From: Spirochaetota bacterium
GTDB lineage: Bacteria > Spirochaetota > UBA12135 > COTS27 > CBDBHE01
NCBI GenBank assembly: GCA_965205605.1
Contig: CBDBHE010000007.1
Coordinates: forward strand, 96,001 to 160,000
DNA length: 64,000 nt
Reading direction: 5' to 3'
A program made the position numbers and the translations under genes. Below, piece after piece: positions 1 to 9,833 of this stretch. Each line of letters begins with the position of its first letter. The stretch's first letter is position 1. The notes beneath the pieces are model-generated. The model did not search any database, was not told where the DNA came from, and saw only the letters and a list, made by a program, of their open reading frames with translations.

Positions 1-947
1 CTGTTTTCCGTGACAACACAAGCCAATCCCTCCCCCATCGCTTCATAAACAGATTTTGAAGACCCTTCTAAAAAAGAAGGAAACACATAAATATCACATT
101 TTTTAAAATATTCTTTAGTAGAAATAAACCCTGGTAAAAGAACATTTTTAAAATTTTTTCTTTGCAAAATTTTTTTAATATCTGGATAAAGTCTACCACA
201 TAAATGTAATTTATCGTGAAAAAAAATTGGGTCTTCCCAAGCTTTTAAGAGAAGATCAATTCCTTTTCGCTTATTAAGATTGCCTGCAAAACAGTAGTGC
301 AGAGTTTTCTTTTTTGATAAAACAAGTTTTTTATTATTAATTGTTGTGTCTGTACCAAAAGGAACCATTGTTATTTTATTGTTAGGAAGACCTATTTTTA
401 ACAATTCTTTTTTAACGAAATTGGAAGGCACGATAACATGACTGGCCATTTTAAAACTCTCAAGCTCCATTTTACAAATAGAATCAAAAAAACTAAGTTG
501 TCTATTTTTTCCATACTGTTTCAAGAGTCTTTTATTTGTTAGTGAAGGAGCAATAGGGAGGTCTAAAATAACTTTATATTTTTTTTTTTTCAAGGTAGCA
601 ATAATCTTTGGAGAAATCTCCCATAAGTGAAAAAGACAAGGCCCTTCTAAAGAAAAAGATTTTAAAGATTTAAGAAAAAAAAAATTAAAAAGCTTAATAT
701 CAAAAAATCGATGATTAAAGTTTGTCTGCCAATAAATCCGATAAGCATTTAGAATCCTTGGTACATGTCCAAAAATACCCATATGTAAGTGCTTTTTGCT
801 TAAAACGCTTACCGAAGGGGCCAACCCACGACTAAATGAATAGTGATTAATATTTTGTTGATTCAAAAAATCGAAAATTTTACTAGTCCTAAAGCCTATA
901 TTTCCTTTTCTACCAATAAATGAATTAACTACATTAAAAATATTCAC
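1..947 (-). CDS. Glycosyltransferase family 4 (partial, runs off window start)
   Basis: Not in the ORF track. GTG at 947; the same frame near base 1 reads YVFPSFLEGSSKSVYEAMGEGLACVVTEN, the GT-B E-x7-E motif. Confidence 0.85.
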   Translation of the reverse strand, partial: MNIFNVVNSFIGRKGNIGFRTSKIFDFLNQQNINHYSFSRGLAPSVSVLSKKHLHMGIFGHVPRILNAYRIYWQTNFNHRFFDIKLFNFFFLKSLKSFSLEGPCLFHLWEISPKIIATLKKKKYKVILDLPIAPSLTNKRLLKQYGKNRQLSFFDSICKMELESFKMASHVIVPSNFVKKELLKIGLPNNKITMVPFGTDTTINNKKLVLSKKKTLHYCFAGNLNKRKGIDLLLKAWEDPIFFHDKLHLCGRLYPDIKKILQRKNFKNVLLPGFISTKEYFKKCDIYVFPSFLEGSSKSVYEAMGEGLACVVTEN

Positions 948-956
948 ATTGAAACC

Positions 957-2021
957 TTAATGGTAAAAATTCAAATACCACTCAACAAATTTTCCAACTC
1001 CTTTTTCAATAGAAGTGTTAGGTCGATACCCTGTAAGTGAAATTAAATCATCTGCCTCTGCCCAAGTTTCTACAACATCTCCTGGTTCGATAGGCAAAAA
1101 GTTTTTAATTGCTTTTTTTCCAAGACATTTCTCCAAACATTCAATAAAATCAAGCAGTAAAATAGGAGCATTATTACCTATATTATAAATCACATAAGGC
1201 ACGTTATTTTCATTAGAATGACTATTTTTTAAATTTTTTTCACTTTTTTTAGTAAGTCGATCTTTTAGTAAAAAAAGATTTTCCGTAATATCATCAATAT
1301 AAGTAAAATCACGTTTCATTTTTCCATGATTAAAAACATTAATAGGCTTCCCTTCCAATATCGCTTTTGTAAACAAAAAAGAAGCCATATCAGGTCTACC
1401 CCACGGACCATAAACCGTAAAAAAACGAAGTCCTGTTGTCGGTAATCCATATAAATAACTATAGGTGTGTGCCATCAATTCATTTGCTTTCTTTGTAGCT
1501 GCATAAATACTAATAGGGTGATCAACTACATCTTTACACGAAAAAGGCATTTTTGTATTTAACCCATAAACAGAGCTAGAACTGGCGTAAATAAGATGTT
1601 TTATTTTCTGATGACGACAATTTTCTAAAATATTCATAAACCCTTCAACATTACTACTAATATAAGAATGAGGATTTTCAAGAGAATACCTCACCCCTGC
1701 TTGAGCGCCTAAATGGTAAACTGTATCAAATTGATACTCCAAAAAAATTGTTTTCATTCTCTCTTTATCTTCTAAATTTACCTTAATAAAAGTATAGTTT
1801 TCAAAAAGAGTACTTTTTACCCTGTCTCCTTTTTTGAGGCTCTTCTTCAAGTCAATACCCGTATCGCCAAGTCTAGCCTCTTTAAGAGACACGTCATAAT
1901 AATCATTAATAGAATCCATCCCAATAATATCATTTTCTTTGCCCGAAGATAAAAATCGACGTGTTAAATGATATCCAATAAAGCCAGCGACTCCTGTAAT
2001 TAAAATTTTTTTTCTAGACAT
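957..2021 (-). CDS. NAD-dependent epimerase, UDP-glucuronate 4-epimerase type
   Basis: GVAGFIG, HLGAQAGVRYS, YAATKKANE and RFFTVYGPWGRPDM motifs. Confidence 0.92.
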   Translation of the reverse strand: MSRKKILITGVAGFIGYHLTRRFLSSGKENDIIGMDSINDYYDVSLKEARLGDTGIDLKKSLKKGDRVKSTLFENYTFIKVNLEDKERMKTIFLEYQFDTVYHLGAQAGVRYSLENPHSYISSNVEGFMNILENCRHQKIKHLIYASSSSVYGLNTKMPFSCKDVVDHPISIYAATKKANELMAHTYSYLYGLPTTGLRFFTVYGPWGRPDMASFLFTKAILEGKPINVFNHGKMKRDFTYIDDITENLFLLKDRLTKKSEKNLKNSHSNENNVPYVIYNIGNNAPILLLDFIECLEKCLGKKAIKNFLPIEPGDVVETWAEADDLISLTGYRPNTSIEKGVGKFVEWYLNFYH

Positions 2022-2042
2022 AGAGTGAAAAAAAAATAAAGG

Positions 2043-3200
2043 TTAGACCAAATCTAATTGTGTCTTTGTAGAAGCCCATTTCAAAATATTACTGGCTCTT
2101 TTTTGATAAGTCCTATTTTCTCTGACTTCTTCAAGCGCTTTTTTTGCCAGTTTTTTGCCAAGCACTTTATTTGTAAGTGCCTTTTTAACGGCTTCAACAA
2201 AATTTTTCCCCTCTTCATCTTCTAAATATAAAAAAGCATTTTGATCATTTAAAATTTCTACAACCGATCCAATCTTAGCCCCTACTATCACATTGCCTGT
2301 GGCCATATATTCACCAAGCTTAATCGGTGATGTACACCAATAATAATCGGTTGTTTTTTTTGAAAGCAGAAAAAGCAAAACATCAGCAGCCATTTGATAA
2401 TTAATAACAGTTTCTCTTCCCTGATGGGACAAAAAAGAAATGCGTTTTTGATCTAAACCTTTTAAGGCATCTCTTTTGTAAACAGCAATTTCATCTTTTG
2501 TCCCCCCTAAATGCACAACCATGATGTTAGGAAAATTCTTTAAAAGCAAACCAAAATAATCCGATCCTTTCAATTTCGCTAAATTACCAGTATGAACCAT
2601 TAAAAAATACTTTTGAGGTATCTTTAATTTCTTCTTAAGCTCTTTTTTGGGAATATTTCTCTTTTTATCATAATTTTCTATAAAAACACCCGCATGACTA
2701 CAAAAAGAACGATCTGTAACCTCTTTATAAAAACCCACATAAAAATCTAATAAAGCTTGATTAGTAAAAACAAAAAAAAGTTTTTTATAAAAAAGAATTG
2801 TTTTAAATAAAAAAGAATTAATCCAATTTTTAGAATCATTGTGAATTTCACAAATACAGTAAATGTTAAAAAAAAAACAGACCCAAGTAATAACAATATT
2901 TCGAGTATAAATTAATTTTGGTAATTCTCGAATTTTAAATAAAAACAAAAAAAAAACTTGAATCACAAATAAAAATTGTCTTATTAAGTTGCTCTTAGTC
3001 CAAAGCTTAATTTGTATCCACTTAAAAAGTTTTTTTTTTTGCTTTCTATTTCTAAAACTAGGGGAAATAAGGGTAAAATCAAATAAACTTTCTTGCTTAA
3101 AACTAAGAACCATATCACAAACTTGGATCGACATCGCCTTAGTTGAAAAAAGAGAAACAGAAGTTACATACCAAAAAAAATTTTTTTGTTCATTAAGCAT
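2043..3200 (-). CDS. Glycosyltransferase family 4
   Basis: C-terminal TSPIKLGEYMATG motif; HTGNL...KG nucleotide-sugar binding region. Confidence 0.85.
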   Translation of the reverse strand: MLNEQKNFFWYVTSVSLFSTKAMSIQVCDMVLSFKQESLFDFTLISPSFRNRKQKKKLFKWIQIKLWTKSNLIRQFLFVIQVFFLFLFKIRELPKLIYTRNIVITWVCFFFNIYCICEIHNDSKNWINSFLFKTILFYKKLFFVFTNQALLDFYVGFYKEVTDRSFCSHAGVFIENYDKKRNIPKKELKKKLKIPQKYFLMVHTGNLAKLKGSDYFGLLLKNFPNIMVVHLGGTKDEIAVYKRDALKGLDQKRISFLSHQGRETVINYQMAADVLLFLLSKKTTDYYWCTSPIKLGEYMATGNVIVGAKIGSVVEILNDQNAFLYLEDEEGKNFVEAVKKALTNKVLGKKLAKKALEEVRENRTYQKRASNILKWASTKTQLDLV

Positions 3201-3294
3201 TTGTAAAAAAAATCTATATTTTTTTAAAAAAAATTAACTAATTCATTATATCATCAAGAAACTTTTATTTTTAAAGACTCTCTAAAAAAACACC

Positions 3295-4539
3295 ATGTCT
3301 TCTTTTAAAAAATTTTCTAAATTCTTGCTTTTATTGATTTATCTAGGGATGCTGATCCCTAGTATTTTTGATACTTACCTTACTTTTGAAATTAATTATT
3401 ACACTTTACGTCTAAGCTACCTTTTTTTAATTTTAGGGCTACTTTATCTCTTATCCTTTAAAACAAACAAACTAAACTTAATAAAAAAACCCCCTCTTTT
3501 TTATTTACTATTTTTGTTTTTTTGTCTTTTAGGGCTTTTAAACTTATTCAAGACCATCTCCTTAAAACATTCTTTTCTTTATTGGGCATGGATAAGTCAA
3601 ACAATTCTTTTACTGCCTTTAATCTTAAAAGAAATCATTTCTGCTCAACTCAAAAAAGTGATCCTCATTTTTTTAATTTACTATGGTCTTTGTTTAAGTT
3701 TTCTTTTATGGGATATCGTTCATTCTAATTTATCCACAGGACTTGAAATAGGGTTTATTAATCAAACTTTTTTTAAAAGACCTCATCTGTTTAAAGAAGA
3801 ACCTGGCTACCTTGCTATTTTTTGGTTACAAGCTTCGATTAGTGTCAAACTTGCAAGCTGTTTTTTTTTGGAAAATCCAAAAATTAGAAAAACACTTTTT
3901 GGGTTTTATTTAGTGGGAGTGATTGCTTTATTTTTCTCTTTTTCGAAAATGGGAATGGTAGCAAGTTTATTTTTAATAAGCTCAGAAGGGTTTCTTTTTT
4001 TTAAAAACAAACCTTATTTAAAAAAACCAATTTTTTTAATTTGTGCTTCTTTTGTTTTTTTAGCAAGCTTATTTGTAACCAAGCAAGCTTTTTTTTCAAA
4101 CAGACCAATCAATTCTAAAAATATCAAAGGTATTTTCGAGACAAGATTAAAACAGCTTAAAAGATCGATGCTTGTTTTTAAACAGTCACCTATTTTAGGA
4201 GTCGGCTCTGGTAACGCTAAAAGTGCTTATGAAAAAACATTATCTATTCCAAGCTTTTCTGCTTTAAATCAAAAAAACCTTCACAAACCACTAGCTCATA
4301 ACTTATACACCGAAATATTAAGCGAATGGGGTCTCATTGGGTTTTTTCTTTTTTTCTCTGCTTTAGCGGTAATGTTTCTTAAAATTCCTATACAAACCAC
4401 TAGTATCCAAATTTTAATTTGTCTTTTACTTGCCTACCTTTCCTCAGAAACCATTGCTCGCTTTGAAGTTTGGCTATTTTTATATCAAAATTATTTTTTT
4501 TTAAATTTGCTTAAACATAAAAAACATTTAAAAATTTAA
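3295..4539 (+). CDS. O-antigen ligase/Wzy_C family membrane protein
   Basis: Many TM segments; PILGVGSG and AHNLYTEILSEWGLIG motifs. Confidence 0.85.
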   Translation: MSSFKKFSKFLLLLIYLGMLIPSIFDTYLTFEINYYTLRLSYLFLILGLLYLLSFKTNKLNLIKKPPLFYLLFLFFCLLGLLNLFKTISLKHSFLYWAWISQTILLLPLILKEIISAQLKKVILIFLIYYGLCLSFLLWDIVHSNLSTGLEIGFINQTFFKRPHLFKEEPGYLAIFWLQASISVKLASCFFLENPKIRKTLFGFYLVGVIALFFSFSKMGMVASLFLISSEGFLFFKNKPYLKKPIFLICASFVFLASLFVTKQAFFSNRPINSKNIKGIFETRLKQLKRSMLVFKQSPILGVGSGNAKSAYEKTLSIPSFSALNQKNLHKPLAHNLYTEILSEWGLIGFFLFFSALAVMFLKIPIQTTSIQILICLLLAYLSSETIARFEVWLFLYQNYFFLNLLKHKKHLKI

Positions 4540-4540
4540 C

Positions 4541-5557
4541 TTGAATCCAAAAGAAATAAAAAAAATTCTCATCATCGGCAATCGCTTACTAGGTGATAGT
4601 CTGATCACTCTTCATACGCTTTCTTCTCTTAAACAATTTTTCTCGTCCTCTTCTTTTCATTTACTGACAAGCACTTACACAAAAAAAATTTATGAAAACA
4701 CTCAATTATTTAAAAAAACTTTCACTTTCAATGAAACAAAAAATTATCATCATAAGCAAAATATTTCTTTAAAACAAAAAATAAAACTGCTCTTTGCTTT
4801 AAAAAAAGAACAATACAAGATGGTGATGATTTTCCCAGGAGGATTTGGTTTTGCATTGCTATGCTTTGCTCTTAAAATCCCCATTCGTATCGGTCATCAA
4901 AGTGATGGACGTTCTTTTTTATTAACTCATAAAACCCCTTTAAATCAAAAAATCCCTAATTATGATAATTATAAAAATTTACTTAATACCCTTCCTTTTG
5001 AAATTCCTTATAAAAAATACAAACTTCCTATAAAAAATTCTTCTTCCTCTTCTTTAATATTAAAAAAAAATTATTTCGTCGTAGCTCCTTGTGCTTCTGA
5101 AAAAAACAGAGCCTGGAATCAAAAAGAAATGAAAACTCTATGCTTAAAAGTCTCTCAAAAAACAAAAAATGAAATTGTCTTCTTAGGGCTTAAAGAAGAA
5201 AAACAACAAATCGAAACAATCAGCAAAAAACTCAAAGGCATCAATCTCGCTGGAAAAACTAATTTTGAAGAACTTTGCTCTATTATTAACCAAAGTCGTT
5301 TTTTTCTAGGAATGGATACCGGGCTTGCCTATATCGCTGGCAACTTAAACAAAAAATCAATGATCCTTTACGGTCCTGCTAACCCAATTCTCTCTAGACC
5401 CAATGAAACCAATATTCTTGCTATTTACAAACAAGATCCTAAAATTCCGATTCATAAAAGAAAAAAATATCCTAAAAAATTTGACATCAATCAACTAACA
5501 GCAAACGATGTTTTTAGAATAATAGTTAAAAAAGAATTTTTGTCATTTCTAAAATGA
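4541..5557 (+). CDS. Glycosyltransferase family 9 (LPS heptosyltransferase-like)
   Basis: LGDSL, NLAGKT, DTGLAYIA and YGPANP motifs. Confidence 0.88.
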   Translation: MNPKEIKKILIIGNRLLGDSLITLHTLSSLKQFFSSSSFHLLTSTYTKKIYENTQLFKKTFTFNETKNYHHKQNISLKQKIKLLFALKKEQYKMVMIFPGGFGFALLCFALKIPIRIGHQSDGRSFLLTHKTPLNQKIPNYDNYKNLLNTLPFEIPYKKYKLPIKNSSSSSLILKKNYFVVAPCASEKNRAWNQKEMKTLCLKVSQKTKNEIVFLGLKEEKQQIETISKKLKGINLAGKTNFEELCSIINQSRFFLGMDTGLAYIAGNLNKKSMILYGPANPILSRPNETNILAIYKQDPKIPIHKRKKYPKKFDINQLTANDVFRIIVKKEFLSFLK

Positions 5558-5561
5558 AAAA

Positions 5562-6707
5562 TTAATGACCTGACTTAATGAAAAAATCTTTTTGATGATT
5601 AACATCGTCCTTAGATTCAGGAGTTTCAAACGATTCAATTTGCTCCATTGGTTTTTCAAGTTTTCTAATACGTGTTGATTCTAGTTCTCTAAAATCCTTA
5701 GAAGCACTTTCAAGACTTTTTCCAACATTATTCATTTTATCAACAAATTTCTGCCATTCTTTTTTGAAAGAAAACACCGCTTTTTGAATTTCAGCTGCTT
5801 TCTTTTCTACCTTAAAAGCCGAAACCGACTGACGAATTAACGACAAAACAGCATAAAGAGTCATCGGAGAACAAAGAATGATTTTCCTGTCCAGCGAATA
5901 ATCAATTAAACCTTTATCCTCCACATTAATAAACGCATACATACTTTCATGAGGGATAAAAATAAGCGCATAATTAATGGTTCCATTTTTAGGATCCACA
6001 TATTCTTTGTCCCCAATTTGTTTAATGTGATTTCTGATATCTTTAATAAATCCTTTCTTACTTTCTTCTTTTTCCAATTTACTTTTTGCTTCTAAAAATG
6101 AATTATAATTCTTAAGAGGAAACTTCACATCCATATAAACCTTTAATTTTCCCGGTAAAAAAAACGTATAATCAGGTCGAATTTTTTTCCCATCTTCTCC
6201 CTCCTGCTGCTTTTGTCTCTCATAACTCTTGCCCTCAACAAGGCCAATAATACTAATAATATCCTCCGCCGCTCTCTCGCCCCAAGCACCTCTCTCTTGT
6301 GAATTAGAAAGAATCCGATTGAGCTTTGTTGTTTCTTGCCCTAAAGAACTAATTTGTTTTTGAGAATTTTCCAATTGCCCTTTAAGAAAAATCGTATTGT
6401 CCCCTAAATATTTAAGCTGAATCCCCATCGTTTTAAAATGCGACCCTAAACTCTCTTCCGAACTTTTTAAACGTGACCCCAAACTCTCTTGCGAACTTTT
6501 TAAAAGAGCCTTAAACTTATCTTCAGCTAAATTAAAAAAAGAATTTTGATTTTTATCTAACGCCTCTTTAGAAAGACGCCCAAAAAGATTTTCAAACTCT
6601 TTTTCAATCGAATGATTCTTCTTATGAAAAAAAAGAGCTAAAAACCAACCTAACCCACTCCCTAAGAGAATCCCAAAAAAGAACACCTGTAAAGAAAGTA
6701 AAACCAT
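5562..6707 (-). CDS. rmuC: DNA recombination protein RmuC
   Basis: N-terminal TM and coiled coil; RGAWGE, RPD...DVKFPL, FIPHE and SPMTL motifs. Confidence 0.92.
   Translation of the reverse strand: MVLLSLQVFFFGILLGSGLGWFLALFFHKKNHSIEKEFENLFGRLSKEALDKNQNSFFNLAEDKFKALLKSSQESLGSRLKSSEESLGSHFKTMGIQLKYLGDNTIFLKGQLENSQKQISSLGQETTKLNRILSNSQERGAWGERAAEDIISIIGLVEGKSYERQKQQEGEDGKKIRPDYTFFLPGKLKVYMDVKFPLKNYNSFLEAKSKLEKEESKKGFIKDIRNHIKQIGDKEYVDPKNGTINYALIFIPHESMYAFINVEDKGLIDYSLDRKIILCSPMTLYAVLSLIRQSVSAFKVEKKAAEIQKAVFSFKKEWQKFVDKMNNVGKSLESASKDFRELESTRIRKLEKPMEQIESFETPESKDDVNHQKDFFIKSGH
6438..6503. repeat. 33-bp imperfect tandem duplication inside rmuC
   Basis: Units 6438-6470 and 6471-6503 encode LKSSQESLGSR and LKSSEESLGSH. 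Confidence 0.85.
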
Positions 6708-6872
6708 TAATCTACACTATACCTTTCAATTTAAAATTAAAAAAGTTTAATTTTAAGCTTTTCAAAAAAAAAAATCCTTAAAATTAAAACCCTCATCTAA
6801 AAATAATCGCTTTCTAAAAAACTTTTCAAATCAGCTCAAATCTTCTCTAATTATTTTAAAAAAGTATCGTTT

Positions 6873-6888
6873 TGACTCATTAGAGTCA
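6873..6888. promoter_or_regulatory. Palindrome TGACTC-N4-GAGTCA, candidate activator site
   Basis: Perfect 6-bp arms about 100 bp upstream of a sigma54 motif. Confidence 0.45.
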
Positions 6889-6988
6889 TTTTGATTCGAT
6901 TTTTTGGGAATTTTTTGATTTCATAAAGGAAAAAAAATTCTCTTTTTTTAAAAAAAAGGCTTTTTTTCCTTTTTATTTTTTTAAAAAT

Positions 6989-7004
6989 TGGCACAAACAT
7001 TGCT
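6989..7004 (+). promoter_or_regulatory. Sigma54 (-24/-12) promoter of hsp20
   Basis: TGGCAC-AAACA-TTGCT with canonical GG/GC spacing; AAGGAG SD downstream. Confidence 0.8.
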
Positions 7005-7040
7005 TATTATTTTATGAAAATCAATAAAAGGAGATAAACC

Positions 7041-7436
7041 ATGTACTTAACAACATATAAACCATTTGACAATTTAATCGACAATTTTTTTTCATTAGAA
7101 AAGACTAAAAATACCTTTGAGCCTAAAGCCAATATCTATGAAGATGACAAAAGCTACCATATCGATCTTGAGCTTGCTGGTGTCAACAAAAAAGATATTA
7201 AGATTGAAATTAAAGAAGGAGCCCTTTCGATCAAAGGAGAAAAAGAGAAGAAAATAAAAGAACCTAACCGTATCGAATCTTTCTACGGAAAGTTTGAAAG
7301 AAGCTTTAATTTAGGAGATGAAGTAGAAGAAGCATCTATTGAAGCCAATCATAAAGATGGCATTCTTTCAATTACTTTACCTAAAAGAGAAGAAGTAAAA
7401 GAAAAAAAATTGATCAAAAAAATAGAGATTAAGTAA
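7041..7436 (+). CDS. Small heat shock protein (Hsp20/alpha-crystallin)
   Basis: ELAGVNKKDI, YGKFERSF and A-x3-DGILSITLPK motifs. Confidence 0.95.
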   Translation: MYLTTYKPFDNLIDNFFSLEKTKNTFEPKANIYEDDKSYHIDLELAGVNKKDIKIEIKEGALSIKGEKEKKIKEPNRIESFYGKFERSFNLGDEVEEASIEANHKDGILSITLPKREEVKEKKLIKKIEIK

Positions 7437-7457
7437 ATCAAGTAAATCATTTTTTTT

Positions 7458-7492
7458 AAAGGGAGCTTTTCTTGAAAAGAGCTCCCTTTTTT
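7458..7492. terminator. Rho-independent terminator, probably bidirectional
   Basis: AAAGGGAGCT...AGCTCCCTTT hairpin followed by a T tract, between convergent hsp20 and queD. Confidence 0.85.
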
Positions 7493-7516
7493 AAAAGGAC
7501 TTACAATTTCTTTAAA

Positions 7517-8050
7517 TTAAAAATCATTAATAGAAAAGTCATTTCGAGTCCACCAAGCTGTTTTGTTACTACCAGTAGGTAAATAATGAAGATAAACTTT
7601 CTCCCCTTGTAAAGAAACCATATTTGTGGGAGTTTCTTCTATTTCTATTTTAGTACAGTTAACAAATAAACCTTCTCCATCAAGGAAAACTTGCAGCTTT
7701 GACATTAAACAGGCGCAAAGCATTTCTGTGGTAGGGTCTCCTGGAGTGATAACGATTCTTTTTAAAGTTTCTTTTTCTTTGTCTTTAAAAAAGTTTATCA
7801 AAGGATCTTTTTGAGATAACTGGAAAGCATGATCGATATGATTATCAATGAAATCATGCCATTTCTTTTTTAGGTTTTCAAAAATTTCCACCATATTTTG
7901 ATGACCATCAAGTGGCTTTGATTGCTTTGCTTGTAAAAAAACTCGGATCATTTCATTATGCCCATGAGGCACAGAACATTTTTTAGAGCTTCCAGAAATA
8001 AGGCGATGAGCCATACTAAAGCGACGTCTAAAAATAAGTTTAAATCCCAT
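7517..8050 (-). CDS. queD: 6-carboxytetrahydropterin synthase (QueD/PTPS family)
   Basis: AHRL, C-x3-HGH, DH, PTTE and EETPTN motifs. Confidence 0.85.
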   Translation of the reverse strand: MGFKLIFRRRFSMAHRLISGSSKKCSVPHGHNEMIRVFLQAKQSKPLDGHQNMVEIFENLKKKWHDFIDNHIDHAFQLSQKDPLINFFKDKEKETLKRIVITPGDPTTEMLCACLMSKLQVFLDGEGLFVNCTKIEIEETPTNMVSLQGEKVYLHYLPTGSNKTAWWTRNDFSINDF

Positions 8051-8059
8051 TTTAATGAC

Positions 8060-8755
8060 TTAAAAGAAATCCCCAAACCCGTGACTTTTAATCACTTGAA
8101 AAAAATCTTTTTTAAGACTTTCATTGCTTTTCATACAGCCTCTAAAAACAGAAGTACTCATATTAGTGGCAGGTTCTTTAACACCTCTCCAATGCATACA
8201 AAAATGCTTTGCTTGAACAAGGACACCAACTCCTTTAGGAGAAACTGTTTTTTCAATCAAATCAGCAATTTCTACCGTTGCTTCTTCTTGAATCTGTGGT
8301 CGACTCATAATCCAATTTAAAAGACGACTAAATTTTGAAATCCCCACAACCCGTTCACTAGGCACAACTCCCACCCAAGCTTTACCAATAACAGGTACAA
8401 AATGATGACTACAAGTACTCCGCACTGTAATTGGCCCTAAGACATACAGTTCATCAAGTTTTTTAAAATTAGGATAATCTTTCGTTTCAGGAATCGGATA
8501 ATATCGACCTCGAAAGACTTCATCAATATACATTTTAGCAATTCGTTTACTCGTCTCTTGTACATTATGATCATTTGCTGTGTCAATGATTAAAATTTCC
8601 AACAGCTCTTGTATTTTTGCTTCAATTTCTATTTTAAGAGCTTCTATTTCTTCCCCTCTGATAAAAGCTGAAATATTATCATTGGCAAAAAAAGAAGCTT
8701 TTTTATCTAATATTCGTTTTTTAATCGTTTTAGAAATAGGTGCTTCATCTGGCAT
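8060..8755 (-). CDS. folE: GTP cyclohydrolase I
   Basis: STCSHHFVP, GISKFSR, RPQIQE and HFCMHWRGV motifs. Confidence 0.95.
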   Translation of the reverse strand: MPDEAPISKTIKKRILDKKASFFANDNISAFIRGEEIEALKIEIEAKIQELLEILIIDTANDHNVQETSKRIAKMYIDEVFRGRYYPIPETKDYPNFKKLDELYVLGPITVRSTCSHHFVPVIGKAWVGVVPSERVVGISKFSRLLNWIMSRPQIQEEATVEIADLIEKTVSPKGVGVLVQAKHFCMHWRGVKEPATNMSTSVFRGCMKSNESLKKDFFQVIKSHGFGDFF

Positions 8756-8946
8756 GGAATAAGTTAAATTTAAAAAAAAACGTTTAAATTAATATTTATT
8801 AATTTATTTATTTTTCAAACGACTCCTTAATGTTAATATTTTAATTAAATATAACATCATTATTTATTAAGATAAAAAATTTAATCTTATTTTTAGTTTT
8901 TACCTTTTTAAATAGATTGATTCTCTTAAAATACAAATAACCTAAA

Positions 8947-9645
8947 ATGACTTCTTCTCTTTTACCATCCCTTGTTGTTGAAACAGGCAACCATCCAAGT
9001 CATGTTGTTATTTGGCTTCACGGATTGGGAGCAGATGGCGAAGATTTTAAAGATATTGTTCATGAGTTAAAACTTCCAAAAGATAAACCGGTTCGATTTA
9101 TTTTCCCTCATGCTCCTTATCGAAAAATAACTATCAATGGGGGGGTAGAAATGAGAGCTTGGTGCGATAGTGTCGGTTTTGAAATCACAAGTCGTATTGA
9201 CTTAGAAGGGGTAAAGCAATCTAAAAAAAAAATCGAAGCCCTCATCAAAGCTGAAAAAAATAAAGGGATTGCTTCTGAAAAAATGATTCTAGCTGGGTTT
9301 TCTCAAGGAGGTGCCATTGCTTTACAAACGGCTCTTTTAAGCCAAACAAAACTAGGGGGAGTGATGGCTTTATCGACTTATTTTCCAAGCCTTTTTGTGT
9401 TTGAAAAAATGAAAAAAAATGAAGTCGAAGAAAAATTAACGATTAACAAAAAAATCCCTATTTTTTTAGCTCACGGCAAAGAAGATCCTGTAGTCCCTTT
9501 AAAAGCAGCTTTACTTTCCAAAATTTTTTTTGAAAAACACCAACTAAATGTAACCTATAAAGAATACTCAATGCCTCATAGCCTCTGTGAACAAGAAATT
9601 GAAGATATTTCATCATGGCTTACAAAAAGACTAAACTCCAAATAA
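8947..9645 (+). CDS. Carboxylesterase/phospholipase (abhydrolase_2)
   Basis: WLHGLGADG, GFSQGG nucleophile elbow, HGKEDPVVP, MPHSLC. Confidence 0.93.
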   Translation: MTSSLLPSLVVETGNHPSHVVIWLHGLGADGEDFKDIVHELKLPKDKPVRFIFPHAPYRKITINGGVEMRAWCDSVGFEITSRIDLEGVKQSKKKIEALIKAEKNKGIASEKMILAGFSQGGAIALQTALLSQTKLGGVMALSTYFPSLFVFEKMKKNEVEEKLTINKKIPIFLAHGKEDPVVPLKAALLSKIFFEKHQLNVTYKEYSMPHSLCEQEIEDISSWLTKRLNSK

Positions 9646-9833
9646 AAGCATTGCTTGTTTATAGTTTTTTCAGATTTATCAAAGTGAAAAATAAAATAAA
9701 CAATCAAAAAAAAGTAATGGTTTAAAATATTAAATTAAATTAAATTAAAGTTACAATAGAGTGTAATAAATGATATTGTATAATTTACACACCTTAAATC
9801 AATATTAGAGCATTATAATAGGAGAAAAAAAAT

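Noticed and set aside
579-3040. Phase variation through T12 (579-590) and T11 (3030-3040) tracts in glycosyltransferase genes
   Set aside because: Both genes appear in frame and long A/T runs occur throughout the window, so there is no specific signal
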